Shown here one piece after another: positions 10,146 through 24,669 of a stretch of 64,000 nt of DNA. A program made the position numbers and the translations under genes. How positions within the stretch are numbered: position 1 is the first letter of the stretch; each line of letters starts with the position of its first letter. The notes under the pieces are model-generated. The model searched no databases, was not told the DNA's origin, and saw only the letters and a list, made by a program, of their open reading frames with translations. Origin of the DNA: Nemertoderma westbladi (lineage: Eukaryota; Animalia; Xenacoelomorpha); assembly GCA_032718475.1 (NCBI GenBank), contig JAUCBJ010009150.1, forward strand, positions 1-64,000. The letters are read 5' to 3'.

Positions 10146-11477
10146 CATGTCATTTTGCCAAAATGTCATTTTCAAGTTGACATTTTGACATGTCATTTGC
10201 CAAAATGTCAATATGTCAATATGCCACTTTCAAATTGACAGTTTGACATGTCATTTTGTCAAAATGTCACTTACAAATTGACAGTTTGACATGTCATTTT
10301 GTCAAAATGTCACTTTCAAATTGACATTTTGACATGTCATTTTGCCAAATGTCATTTTCAAGTTGACATTTTGACATGTCATTTTGCCAAAATGTCTATG
10401 TGTCAATATGTCACTTTCAAATTGACATTTTGACATGTCAATTTGCCAAAATGTCACTTTCGAATTGACATTTTGACATGTTATTTCGCCAAAATGTCAC
10501 ATTCGAATTGACATTTTGACATGTCATTTTGCCAAAATGTCAATGAGTCAATATGTCACTTTCAAATTGACAGTTTGACATGTTATTTTGTCAAAATGTC
10601 AATGTGTCAATATGTCACTTTCAAATTGACAGTTTGACATGTCATTTTGTAAAATGTCACTTTCAAATTGACATTTTGACATGTCATTTTGCCAAAATGT
10701 CATTTTCAAGTTGACATTTTGACATGTCATTTGCCAAAATGTCAATGTGTCAATATGTCACATTCAAATTGACAGTTTGACATGTCATTTTGTAAAATGT
10801 CACTTTCAAATTGACATTTTGACATGTCATTTTGCCAAAATGTCATTTTCAAGTTGACATTTTGACATGTCATTTGCCAAAATGTCAATATGTCAATATG
10901 CCACTTTCAAATTGACAGTTTGACATGTCATTTTGTCAAAATGTCACTTTCAAATTGACAGTTTGACATGTCATTTTGTCAAAATGTCACTTTCAAATTG
11001 ACATTTTGACATGTCATTTTGCCAAATGTCATTTTCAAGTTGACATTTTGACATGTAATTTTGCCAAAATGTCACTTTCGAATTGACATTTTGACATGTC
11101 ATTTTGCCAAAATGTCAATGTGTCAATATGTCACTTTCAAATTGACAGTTTGACATGTCATTTTGTCAAAATGTCACTTTCAAATTGACATTTTGACATG
11201 TCATTTTGCCAAAATGTCACTTTCAAATTGACATTTTGACATGTCATTTTGTCAAAATGTCACTTTCAAATTGACATTTTGACATGTCATTTTGCCAAAT
11301 GTCATTTTCAAGTTGACATTTTGACATGTAATTTTGCCAAAATGTCACTTTCGAATTGACATTTTCACATGTCATTTTGCCAAAATGTCAATGTGTCAAT
11401 ATGTCACTTTCAAATTGACAGTTTGACATGTCATTTTGTCAAAATGTCATTTTCAAATTGACATTTTGACATGTCAT
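10146..11477. repeat. 43-bp TGACA minisatellite
   Basis: Same monomer. Confidence 0.95.
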
Positions 11478-11482
11478 ATTTT

Positions 11483-12025
11483 ATGAGATTTAAGGTATTT
11501 TTTCTTGAAAAAGCGAACATAACTTTTCTAAGTCCGTTTCTGTGACATTTAGAGAAAAGTTAACTTGTGATACTTCTTTTAGTGTTAAATTAACAGCAGA
11601 TTCCAAATACAGTAACCGTTTTTACATATGATTTGTAGTTCTCGCGATATTTGGGTTCAAACACAACGTTTTTTGATATTTTACGAAATTTAAGGTATTT
11701 TTTCTTGAAAAAGCAGACATAACTATTCCCAGTCCGTTTCTGTAACATTTAGAGAAAAGTTAACTTGTGATACTTCTTTTAGTGTTAAATTAACCGCAGA
11801 TTCCAAATACAGTAACCGTTTTTACATATGATTTGTAGTTCTCGCGATATTTGGGTTCAAACACAACGTTTTTTGATATTTTACGAAATTTAAGGTATTT
11901 TTTCTTGAAAAAGCAGACATAACTATTCCCAGTCCGTTTCTGTAACATTTAGAGAAAAGTTAACTTGTGATACTTCTTTTAGTGTTAAATTAACCGCAGA
12001 TTCCAAATACAGTAACCGTTTTTAC
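11483..12025. repeat. 200-bp satellite, ~2.7 copies
   Basis: Same monomer. Confidence 0.95.
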
Positions 12026-12573
12026 TTAAATTGTAGATTTTGCAACAAAAATTAAAAAAAAATACGATTTGAGGGAATCACAACAAAACTTTTTAAGTTT
12101 AAAACAACCGGTTATGTTAAACATAACGGTAACTGTTACACGGCATAACGGTACCAAAAATAACTTCATTTTAATAACAAAATAAACGGATAAACAGATG
12201 AGTAACCAGAACCCGGTAGCACAAACATACAGATCAGTAACAGCAGTATCAACACCAGATTAGCACAAGACTTAATAAGTAAAATGAAAGCCGACTTCCA
12301 CCACTGGGTACGAACCTATTGCTTAACGAAATGTCCCTATTTATAATCGAATATGGTGCGAGCCACAAAGTCTGTGAGCCATAGCATATAGTTGAATGTA
12401 GAGCATGCATGGGCCATTGTTAGTCCGTTGAATTGAGATTTAGAGGGAAAATCATATCATTAGCCAAAATGGAGCCTTCGCAAAACGTTTATCTAATGAA
12501 CAATGTCTATTATTTGGCCTAGCTAGTACAACTGTATGCCACCGTTCACGGACCCCGCCAACCCACCGAGTCC

Positions 12574-12726
12574 CTACAGATCTCCCTTGGGTTCCTCTTG
12601 GCCCTCGAAGTATCGTATCTTATCCTTGGGATTGGGGATTATGGTAGCGCTGCCCGGCTTCCAGTCGATCGGACAGACGTCCCCGTGCTGGTCCGTGTAC
12701 TGGAAGGCCTGCACGAGACGCAGGGT
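12574..12726 (-). pseudogene. 2-Cys peroxiredoxin C-terminal fragment, copy 2
   Basis: Translation identical to copy 1. Confidence 0.9.
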
Positions 12727-13679
12727 CTGTAAGGGTCCGTAAGTCGTTCTCAACATTATTGTGGGAATCTGGGAAGCCCAAGTTCGCACGGCGTGGGTTC
12801 GTGGATGCCATAGCACGCGTCCCGACCTGGAGAAAACAATTAAGTGAAAATACAAATGAACAGTGACAAGTTATTTAAAAATCTCATATAATTAAATATC
12901 AATTAAACATCAATAAACACAAACACATATTTAATAATAAACAAACACACCAACACTTATATAATGTTGGAATGAATAATTACCCGTTGTAACAATAATT
13001 GCAAGCCAGACGTCCCAACACTTTAATAAATAATTCATTGCGAACGACTTGCTGGTAATGTTGTGAATAAACAGTAAATCTAACCTCTAAATAATCAATT
13101 GTAATTAAACTTTAAACCAAAGCGATTTTAAATAAGAAACTTTGTTAAACGTAACTTATAATATATTCAGCTACTGAGGAAGCAGCGCTTATTATATATT
13201 GGTGTTGGTGTCTGTAATACAAAGCGAACAAATGTCTGGCCATTGACCTTGTGTCTTTGTGTGAAGCCGCGCTATCCAATAATAAGACGGTATAACAATT
13301 ATTGGTTGTTCAAGCAAAGGCAATGTATACGTTAATGTATAATAATATGTTGCTTGGCGTGGGTGGCTGAGGCCTTGGCCTTGGTTGGTTAGTTTCCAGG
13401 GTGATTGTTCTAGAATATTAAATTATTTACCTTGAGTGAACCAAACCAACCACCCACACAATGCTGAAGCACATTGTATCCCAGCCGTCCAGCCCAGCCC
13501 GGCTGGCGCCTCCTACAACACAATGCAAGCAGCTCAGCTCAATATTGCTTGAAAATTCTCTTGTAAATATTTCCCCCATCAATAAATAATTACACTTGAA
13601 ATGCACTATAGAGGGGTGGTGAGGTGTTAGCGGTGTCGCCAGGCGATTCTAACTGTTTTTGGGGATCATTTCCTTAAAA

Positions 13680-13779
13680 NNNNNNNNNNNNNNNNNNNNN
13701 NNNNNNNNNNNNNNNNNNNNNNNNNNNNNNNNNNNNNNNNNNNNNNNNNNNNNNNNNNNNNNNNNNNNNNNNNNNNNNN
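13680..13779. other. Assembly gap (100 N)
   Basis: Exactly 100 Ns, the usual placeholder for a gap of unknown size. Confidence 0.99.
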
Positions 13780-13796
13780 TTGACATGTCATATTTT

Positions 13797-14731
13797 TTGA
13801 GATTTAAGGTATTTTTTCTTGAAAAAGCGAACATAATTTTTCTGAGTCCGTTTCTGTAACATTTAAAGAAAAGTTCACTTGTGATACTTCTTTTAGTGTT
13901 AAATTAACAGCAAATTCCAAATACAGTAACCGTTTTTACATATGATTCGTAGTTCTCGCGATATTTGGGTTCAAACACAACGTTTTTTGATATTTTACGA
14001 AATTTAAGGTATTTTTTATTGAAAAAGCAGACATAACTTTTCCCAGTCCGTTTCTGTAACATTTAAAGAAAAGTTCACTTGTGATACTTCTTTTAGTGTT
14101 AAATTAACAGCAGATTCCAAATACAGTAACCGTTTTTACATATGATTTGTAGTTCTCGCGATATTTGGGTTCAAACACAACGTTTTTTGATATTTTACGA
14201 AATTTAAGGTATTTCTTATTGAAAAAGCAGACATAACTTTTCCCAGTCCGTTTCTGTAACATTTAAAGAAAAGTTCACTTGTGATACTTCTTTTAGTGTT
14301 AAATTAACAGCAGATTCCAAATACAGTAACCGTTTTTACATATGATTTGTAGTTCTCGTGATATTTGGGTTCAAACACAACGTTTTTTGATATTTTACGA
14401 AATTTAAGGTATTTTTTATTGAAAAAGCAGACATAACTTTTCCCAGTCCGTTTCTGTAACATTTAAAGAAAAGTTCACTTGTGATACTTCTTTTAGTGTT
14501 AAATTAACAGCAGATTCCAAATACAGTAACCGTTTTTACATATGATTTGTAGTTCTCGTGATATTTGGGTTCAAACACAACGTTTTTTGATATTTTACGA
14601 AATTTAAGGTATTTTTTATTGAAAAAGCAGACATAACTTTTCCCAGTCCGTTTCTGTAACATTTAAAGAAAAGTTCACTTGTGATACTTCTTTTAGTGTT
14701 AAATTAACAGCAGATTCCAAATACAGTAACC
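13797..14731. repeat. 200-bp satellite, ~4.7 copies
   Basis: Same monomer, CTTTTCCCAG variant. Confidence 0.95.
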
Positions 14732-14745
14732 TTATTATAGTAACC

Positions 14746-15152
14746 GTAAATTATGGCTAATTAACGGAAGGGCTTTTGTGTTGGCAATTTATTATTTAAT
14801 ACAGTTGAATATTTGGCTGAATTGAAGTTCATTAACCCGGGTAATTAAATTGAAATAACAAGTTATTTCGATAAATTATGGCTAATTAACGGAAGGGCTT
14901 TTGTGTTGGCAATTTATTATTTAATACAGTTGAATATTTGGCTGAATTGAAGTTCATTAACCCGGACAATTAAATTTAAATGATAAGTTATTTCGGTAAA
15001 TTGCGGCTAATTTTGGGAAGGGCTTTTGGAATGGCAATTTATTATTAAATACAGTTGAATATTTGGCTGAATTGAAGTTCATTAACCCGGGTAATTAAAT
15101 TGAAATAACAAGTTATTTTGCAAAATTATGGCTAATTTTGGGAAGGGCTTTT
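14746..15152. repeat. 125-bp tandem repeat, ~3.3 copies, core-less unit
   Basis: Same monomer with a TTAACGGAAGGG variant; duplicated at ~19243-19650. Confidence 0.9.
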
Positions 15153-15339
15153 GGAATGGCATTGAAATTGAAATGAAAGGTGTTCTTAGGAGAATTTGAA
15201 TTAATAACTAGTGCCCTACATAACAGCGCAGTGCACTTAATAACGAGTGCCCTACATAACGGCGCAGTGCACTTTATAACGGCGCAGTGCACTTCATAAA
15301 GGTGTTAGTAGTGCACTTCATAACGATGCAGTGCACTTA

Positions 15340-16606
15340 ATGTTATATGCTATATTTCATGTTATATGCTATAGTAAATGCTCTGCGATATGCTATATGG
15401 TATGGTATATGCTATGCTATATGCGATATGCTATTAGCTATATGTTATATGTTATGCTATAGTACATGCTATAGTACATGCTATGCTATATGCTATGCTA
15501 TATGCTATGCTATATGCTATGCTATATGCTATGCTATATGCTATGCTATATGCTATGCTATATGCTATGCTATATGCTATGCTATATGCTATGCTATATG
15601 CTATGCTATATGCTATGCTATATGCTATGCTATATGCTATGCTATATGCTATGCTATATGCTATGCTATATGCTATGCTATATGCTATGCTATATGCTAT
15701 GCTATATGCTATGCTATATGCTATGCTATATGCTATGCTATATGCTATGCTATATGCTATGCTATATGCTATGCTATATGCTATGCTATATGCTATGCTA
15801 TATGCTATATGCTATGCTATATGCTATGCTATATGCTATGCTATATGCTATGCTATTTGCTAGGCTATATGCTATGCTATATGTTATAGGCTATGCTATA
15901 TGCTATATGTCATATGTTAAATGTTATGCTATATGCAATGTCATGCTATATGTTATGGTATATGCCACGTTATGATATATGCTATGCTATGCTATATGTT
16001 AAATGTTATGCTATATGCCATGTTATGTTATATGCTATAGTACATGCTAAGCTATATGCTCTATGCTATGCTATATGCAATATATCATATGCTATGCTAT
16101 GTTATGCTATATGCCATATGCTATGATACATCCTATGCTATATGGAATATATCATATGATATGCTATGTTATGCTATATGCTATGGTACATCCTATGCTA
16201 TATGCTATGCTATGCTATATGCTATGCTATATGCTATGCTATATGATATGATATATGCTATGCTATATGTTATATACTATATGTTATATGTTATGCTATA
16301 TGCCACGTTATGCATGCTATGCTATGCTATGCTATGTTATGCTATGCTATCATATGTTATGTTGCTCTATGCTATGCTATGCTATGCTATGCTATGCTAT
16401 GCTATGCTATGCTATGTTATGCTATGCTATGCTATGCTATGCTATGCGATGCTATGCTATGCTATGCTATGTTCTGCTATGCTATGCTATGCTATGCTAG
16501 GCTATGCTATGCTATGCTATGCTATGCTATGCTATGATATGCTATGCTATGCTATGCTATGCTATGCTATGTTAAGCAATGATATGCTATGTTATGCTAT
16601 GCTATG
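15340..16606. repeat. Compound TATGC microsatellite with long pure (TATATGCTATGC)n run
   Basis: About 27 perfect 12-mers at ~15480-15805. Confidence 0.95.
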
Positions 16607-18287
16607 TTTGACATTTTGACATGTCATTTTGCCAAAATGTCACTTTCGAATTGACATTTTGACATGTCATTTTGCCAAAATGTCAATGTGTCAATATGTC
16701 ACTTTCAAATTTACAGTTTGACATGTCATTTTGTAAAATGTCACTTTCAAATTGACATTTTGACATGTCATTTTGCCAAAATGTCATTTTCAAGTTGACA
16801 TTTTGACATGTCATTTGCCAAAATGTCAATATGTCACTTTCAAATTGACAGTTTGACATGTCATTTTGTCAAAATGTCACTTTCAAATTGACATTTTGAC
16901 ATGTAATTTTGCCAAAATGTCAATGTGTCAATATGTCACTTTCAAATTGACAGTTTGACATGTCATTTTGTCAAAATGTCACTTTCAAATTGACATTTTG
17001 ACATGTCAATTTGCCAAAATGTCACTTTCAAATTGACATTTTGACATGTCATTTTGCCAAAATGTCATTTTCAAGTTGACATTTTGACATGTCATTTGCC
17101 AAAATGTCAATATGTCAATATGCCACTTTCAAATTGACAGTTTGACATGTCATTTTGTCAAAATGTCACTTTCAAATTGACAGTTTGATATGTCATTTTG
17201 TCAAAATGTCACTTTCAAATTGACATTTTGACATGTCATTTTGCCAAATGTCATTTTCAAGTTGACATTTTGACATGTAATTTTGCCAAAATGTCACTTT
17301 CGAATTGACATTTTGACATGTCATTTTGCCAAAATGTCAATGTGTCAATATGTCACTTTCAAATTGACAGTTTGACATGTCATTTTGTCAAAATGTCACT
17401 TTCAAATTGACATTTTGACATGTCAATTTGCCAAAATGTCACTTTCGAATTGACATTTTGACATGTCATTTTGCCAAAATGTCACTTTCAAATTGACAGT
17501 TTGACATGTCATTTTGTCAAAATGTCACTTTCAAATTGACATTTTGACATGTCATTTTGCCAAATGTCATTTTCAAGTTGACATTTTGACATGTAATTTT
17601 GCCAAAATGTCACTTTCGAATTGACATTTTCACATGTCATTTTGCCAAAATGTCAATGTGTCAATATGTCACTTTCAAATTGACAGTTTGACATGTCATT
17701 TTGTCAAAATGTCACTTTCAAATTGACATTTTGACATGTCAATTTGCCAAAATGTCACTTTCAAATTGACATTTTGACATGTCATTTTGCCAAAATGTCA
17801 TTTTCAAGTTGACATTTTGACATGTCATTTGCCAAAATGTCAATATGTCAATATGCCACTTTCAAATTGACAGTTTGACATGTCATTTTGTCAAAATGTC
17901 ACTTTCAAATTGACAGTTTGATATGTCATTTTGTCAAAATGTCACTTTCAAATTGACATTTTGACATGTCATTTTGCCAAATGTCATTTTCAAGTTGACA
18001 TTTTGACATGTAATTTTGCCAAAATGTCACTTTCGAATTGACATTTTGACATGTCATTTTGCCAAAATGTCAATGTGTCAATATGTCACTTTCAAATTGA
18101 CAGTTTGACATGTCATTTTGTCAAAATGTCACTTTCAAATTGACATTTTGACATGTCAATTTGCCAAAATGTCACTTTCGAATTGACATTTTGACATGTC
18201 ATTTTGCCAAAATGTCACTTTCAAATTGACAGTTTGACATGTCATTTTGTCAAAATGTCACTTTCAAATTGACATTTTGACATGTCA
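16607..18287. repeat. 43-bp TGACA minisatellite
   Basis: Same monomer; includes a ~730-bp higher-order duplication. Confidence 0.95.
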
Positions 18288-18293
18288 TATTTT

Positions 18294-19228
18294 TTGAGAT
18301 TTAAGGTATTTTTTCTTGAAAAAGCGAACATAATTTTTCTGAGTCCGTTTCTGTAACATTTAAAGAAAAGTTCACTTGTGATACTTCTTTTAGTGTTAAA
18401 TTAACAGCAAATTCCAAATACAGTAACCGTTTTTACATATGATTCGTAGTTCTCGCGATATTTGGGTTCAAACACAACGTTTTTTGATATTTTACGAAAT
18501 TTAAGGTATTTTTTATTGAAAAAGCAGACATAACTTTTCCCAGTCCGTTTCTGTAACATTTAAAGAAAAGTTCACTTGTGATACTTCTTTTAGTGTTAAA
18601 TTAACAGCAGATTCCAAATACAGTAACCGTTTTTACATATGATTTGTAGTTCTCGCGATATTTGGGTTCAAACACAACGTTTTTTGATATTTTACAAAAT
18701 TTAAGGTATTTCTTATTGAAAAAGCAGACATAACTTTTCCCAGTCCGTTTCTGTAACATTTAAAGAAAAGTTCACTTGTGATACTTCTTTTAGTGTTAAA
18801 TTAACAGCAGATTCCAAATACAGTAACCGTTTTTACATATGATTTGTAGTTCTCGTGATATTTGGGTTCAAACACAACGTTTTTTGATATTTTACGAAAT
18901 TTAAGGTATTTTTTATTGAAAAAGCAGACATAACTTTTCCCAGTCCGTTTCTGTAACATTTAAAGAAAAGTTCACTTGTGATACTTCTTTTAGTGTTAAA
19001 TTAACAGCAGATTCCAAATACAGTAACCGTTTTTACATATGATTTGTAGTTCTCGTGATATTTGGGTTCAAACACAACGTTTTTTGATATTTTACGAAAT
19101 TTAAGGTATTTTTTATTGAAAAAGCAGACATAACTTTTCCCAGTCCGTTTCTGTAACATTTAAAGAAAAGTTCACTTGTGATACTTCTTTTAGTGTTAAA
19201 TTAACAGCAGATTCCAAATACAGTAACC
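18294..19228. repeat. 200-bp satellite, ~4.7 copies
   Basis: Duplicate of the block at 13797. Confidence 0.95.
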
Positions 19229-19836
19229 TTATTATAGTAACCGTAAATTATGGCTAATTAACGGAAGGGCTTTTGTGTTGGCAATTTATTATTTAATACA
19301 GTTGAATATTTGGCTGAATTGAAGTTCATTAACCCGGGTAATTAAATTGAAATAACAAGTTATTTCGATAAATTATGGCTAATTAACGGAAGGGCTTTTG
19401 TGTTGGCAATTTATTATTTAATACAGTTGAATATTTGGCTGAATTGAAGTTCATTAACCCGGACAATTAAATTTAAATGATAAGTTATTTCGGTAAATTG
19501 CGGCTAATTTTGGGAAGGGCTTTTGGAATGGCAATTTATTATTAAATACAGTTGAATATTTGGCTGAATTGAAGTTCATTAACCCGGGTAATTAAATTGA
19601 AATAACAAGTTATTTTGCAAAATTATGGCTAATTTTGGGAAGGGCTTTTGGAATGGCATTGAAATTGAAATGAAAGGTGTTCTTAGGAGAATTTGAATTA
19701 ATAACTAGTGCCCTACATAACAGCGCAGTGCACTTAATAACGAGTGCCCTACATAACGGCGCAGTGCACTTTATAACGGCGCAGTGCACTTCATAAAGGT
19801 GTTAGTAGTGCACTTCATAACGATGCAGTGCACTTA

Positions 19837-21110
19837 ATGTTATATGCTATATTTCATGTTATATGCTATAGTAAATGCTCTGCGATATGCTATATGGTAT
19901 GGTATATGCTATGCTATATGCGATATGCTATTAGCTATATGTTATATGTTATGCTATAGTACATGCTATAGTACATGCTATGCTATATGCTATGCTATAT
20001 GCTATGCTATATGCTATGCTATATGCTATGCTATATGCTATGCTATATGCTATGCTATATGCTATGCTATATGCTATGCTATATGCTATGCTATATGCTA
20101 TGCTATATGCTATGCTATATGCTATGCTATATGCTATGCTATATGCTATGCTATATGCTATGCTATATGCTATGCTATATGCTATGCTATATGCTATGCT
20201 ATATGCTATGCTATATGCTATGCTATATGCTATGCTATATGCTATGCTATATGCTATGCTATATGCTATGCTATATGCTATGCTATATGCTATGCTATAT
20301 GCTATGCTATATGCTATATGCTATGCTATATGCTATGCTATATGCTATGCTATATGCTATGCTATTTGCTAGGCTATATGCTATGCTATATGTTATAGGC
20401 TATGCTATATGCTATATGTCATATGTTAAATGTTATGCTATATGCAATGTCATGCTATATGTTATGGTATATGCCACGTTATGATATATGCTATGCTATG
20501 CTATATGTTAAATGTTATGCTATATGCCATGTTATGTTATATGCTATAGTACATGCTAAGCTATATGCTCTATGCTATGCTATATGCAATATATCATATG
20601 CTATGCTATGTTATGCTATATGCCATATGCTATGATACATCCTATGCTATATGGAATATATCATATGATATGCTATGTTATGCTATATGCTATGGTACAT
20701 CCTATGCTATATGCTATGCTATGCTATATGCTATGCTATATGCTATGCTATATGATATGATATATGCTATGCTATATGTTATATACTATATGTTATATGT
20801 TATGCTATATGCCACGTTATGCATGCTATGCTATGCTATGCTATGTTATGCTATGCTATCATATGTTATGTTGCTCTATGCTATGCTATGCTATGCTATG
20901 CTATGCTATGCTATGCTATGTTATGCTATGCTATGCTATGCTATGCTATGCGATGCTATGCTATGCTATGCTATGTTCTGCTATGCTATGCTATGCTATG
21001 CTAGGCTATGCTATGCTATGCTATGCTATGCTATGCTATGATATGCTATGCTATGCTATGCTATGCTATGCTATGTTAAGCAATGATATGCTATGTTATG
21101 CTATGCTATG
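19837..21110. repeat. Compound TATGC microsatellite with long pure 12-mer run
   Basis: Duplicate of the block at 15340 with one extra 12-mer. Confidence 0.95.
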
Positions 21111-23220
21111 TTTGACATTTTGACATGTCATTTTGCCAAAATGTCACTTTCGAATTGACATTTTGACATGTCATTTTGCCAAAATGTCAATGTGTCAATA
21201 TGTCACTTTCAAATTTACAGTTTGACATGTCATTTTGTAAAATGTCACTTTCAAATTGACATTTTGACATGTCATTTTGCCAAAATGTCATTTTCAAGTT
21301 GACATTTTGACATGTCATTTGCCAAAATGTCAATATGTCACTTTCAAATTGACAGTTTGACATGTCATTTTGTCAAAATGTCACTTTCAAATTGACATTT
21401 TGACATGTAATTTTGCCAAAATGTCAATGTGTCAATATGTCACTTTCAAATTGACAGTTTGACATGTCATTTTGTCAAAATGTCACTTTCAAATTGACAT
21501 TTTGACATGTCAATTTGCCAAAATGTCACTTTCAAATTGACATTTTGACATGTCATTTTGCCAAAATGTCATTTTCAAGTTGACATTTTGACATGTCATT
21601 TGCCAAAATGTCAATATGTCAATATGCCACTTTCAAATTGACAGTTTGACATGTCATTTTGTCAAAATGTCACTTTCAAATTGACAGTTTGATATGTCAT
21701 TTTGTCAAAATGTCACTTTCAAATTGACATTTTGACATGTCATTTTGCCAAATGTCATTTTCAAGTTGACATTTTGACATGTAATTTTGCCAAAATGTCA
21801 CTTTCGAATTGACATTTTGACATGTCATTTTGCCAAAATGTCAATGTGTCAATATGTCACTTTCAAATTGACAGTTTGACATGTCATTTTGTCAAAATGT
21901 CACTTTCAAATTGACATTTTGACATGTCAATTTGCCAAAATGTCACTTTCGAATTGACATTTTGACATGTCATTTTGCCAAAATGTCACTTTCAAATTGA
22001 CAGTTTGACATGTCATTTTGTCAAAATGTCACTTTCAAATTGACATTTTGACATGTCATTTTGCCAAATGTCATTTTCAAGTTGACATTTTGACATGTAA
22101 TTTTGCCAAAATGTCACTTTCGAATTGACATTTTCACATGTCATTTTGCCAAAATGTCAATGTGTCAATATGTCACTTTCAAATTGACAGTTTGACATGT
22201 CATTTTGTCAAAATGTCACTTTCAAATTGACATTTTGACATGTCAATTTGCCAAAATGTCACTTTCAAATTGACATTTTGACATGTCATTTTGCCAAAAT
22301 GTCATTTTCAAGTTGACATTTTGACATGTCATTTGCCAAAATGTCAATGTGTCAATATGTCACATTCAAATTGACAGTTTGACATGTCATTTTGTCAAAA
22401 TGTCACTTTCAAATTGACATTTTGACATGTCATTTTGCCAAAATGTCATTTTCAAGTTGACATTTTGACATGTCATTTGCCAAAATGTCAATATGTCAAT
22501 ATGCCATTTTCAAATTGACAGTTTGACAAGTCATTTTGTCAAAATGTCACTTTCAAATTGACATTTTGACATGTCATTTTCAAGTTGACATTTTGACATG
22601 TAATTTTGCCAAAATGTCACTTTCGAATTGACATTTTCACATGTCATTTTGCCAAAATGTCAATGTGTCAATATGTCACTTTCAAATTGACAGTTTGACA
22701 TGTCATTTTGTCAAAATGTCACTTTCAAATTGACATTTTGACATGTCAATTTGCCAAAATGTCACTTTCAAATTGACATTTTGACATGTCATTTTGCCAA
22801 AATGTCATTTTCAAGTTGACATTTTGACATGTCATTTGCCAAAATGTCAATATGTCAATATGCCACTTTCAAATTGACAGTTTGACATGTCATTTTGTCA
22901 AAATGTCACTTTCAAATTGACAGTTTGATATGTCATTTTGTCAAAATGTCACTTTCAAATTGACATTTTGACATGTCATTTTGCCAAATGTCATTTTCAA
23001 GTTGACATTTTGACATGTAATTTTGCCAAAATGTCACTTTCGAATTGACATTTTGACATGTCATTTTGCCAAAATTCATTTTCAAGTTGCATTTTGACAT
23101 TTGTCATTTTGTCAAAATGTCACTTTCAAATTGACATTTTGACATGTCATTTTGCCAAAATGTCATTTTCAAGTATCATTCTTGACATGTCATTTTGTCA
23201 AAATGTCATATGACCTGTCA
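21111..23220. repeat. 43-bp TGACA minisatellite
   Basis: Same monomer. Confidence 0.95.
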
Positions 23221-23226
23221 TATTTT

Positions 23227-23969
23227 ATGAGATTTAAGGTATTTTTTCTTGAAAAAGCAGACATAACTTTTCCCAGTCCGTTTCTGTAACATTTAAAGAA
23301 AAGTTCACTTGTGATACTTCTTTTAGTGTTAAATTAACAGCAGATTCCAAATACAGTAACCGTTTTTACATATGATTTGTAGTTCTCGCGATATTTGGGT
23401 TCAAACACAACGTTTTTTGATATTTTACGAAATTTAAGGTATTTTTTCTTGAAAAAGCAGACATAACTATTCCCAGTCCGTTTCTGTAACATTTAGAGAA
23501 AAGTTCACTTGTGATACTTCTTTTAGTGTTAAATTAACAGCAGATTCCAAATACAGTAACCGTTTTTACATATGATTTGTAGTTCTCGCGATATTTGGGT
23601 TCAAACACAACGTTTTTTGATATTTTACGAAATTTAAGGTATTTTTTCTTGAAAAAGCAGACATAACTATTCCCAGTCCGTTTCTGTAACATTTAGAGAA
23701 AAGTTCACTTGTGATACTTCTTTTAGTGTTAAATTAACAGCAGATTCCAAATACAGTAACCGTTTTTACATATGATTTGTAGTTCTCGCGATATTTGGGT
23801 TCAAACACAACGTTTTTTGATATTTTACGAAATTTAAGGTATTTTTTCTTGAAAAAGCAAACATAACTATTCCCAGTCCGTTTCTGTAACATTTAGAGAA
23901 AAGTTAACTTGTGATACTTCTTTTAGTGTTAAATTAACAGCAGATTCCAAATACAGTAACCGTTTTTAC
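23227..23969. repeat. 200-bp satellite, ~3.7 copies
   Basis: Same monomer. Confidence 0.95.
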
Positions 23970-24516
23970 TTAAATTGTAGATTTTGCAACAAAAATTAAA
24001 AAAAAATACGATTTGAGGGAATCACAACAAAACTTTTTAAGTTTAAAACAACCGGTTATGTTAAACATAACGGTAACGTATAACGGCATAACGGTACCAA
24101 AAATAACTTCATTTTAATAACAAAATAAACGGATAAACAGATGAGTAACCAGAACCCGGTAGCACAAACATACAGATCAGTAACAGCAGTATCAACACCA
24201 GATTAGCACAAGACTTAATAAGTAAAATGAAAGCCGACTTCCACCACTGGGTACGAACCTATTGCTTAACGAAATGTCCCTATTTATAATCGAATATGGT
24301 GCGAGCCACAAAGTCTGTGAGCCATAGCATATAGTTGAATGTAGAGCATGCATGGGCCATTGTCAGTCCGTTGAATTGAGATTTAGAGGGAAAATCATAT
24401 CATTAGCCAAAATGGAGCCTTCGCAAAACGTTTATCTAATGAACAATGTCTATTATTTGGCCTAGCTAGTACAACTGTATGCCACCGTTCACGGACCCCG
24501 CCAACCCACCGAGTCC

Positions 24517-24669
24517 CTACAGATCTCCCTTGGGTTCCTCTTGGCCCTCGAAGTATCGTATCTTATCCTTGGGATTGGGGATTATGGTAGCGCTGCCCGG
24601 CTTCCAGTCGATCGGACAGACGTCCCCGTGCTGGTCCGTGTACTGGAAGGCCTGCACGAGACGCAGGGT
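24517..24669 (-). pseudogene. 2-Cys peroxiredoxin C-terminal fragment, copy 3
   Basis: Translation identical to copy 1. Confidence 0.9.
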
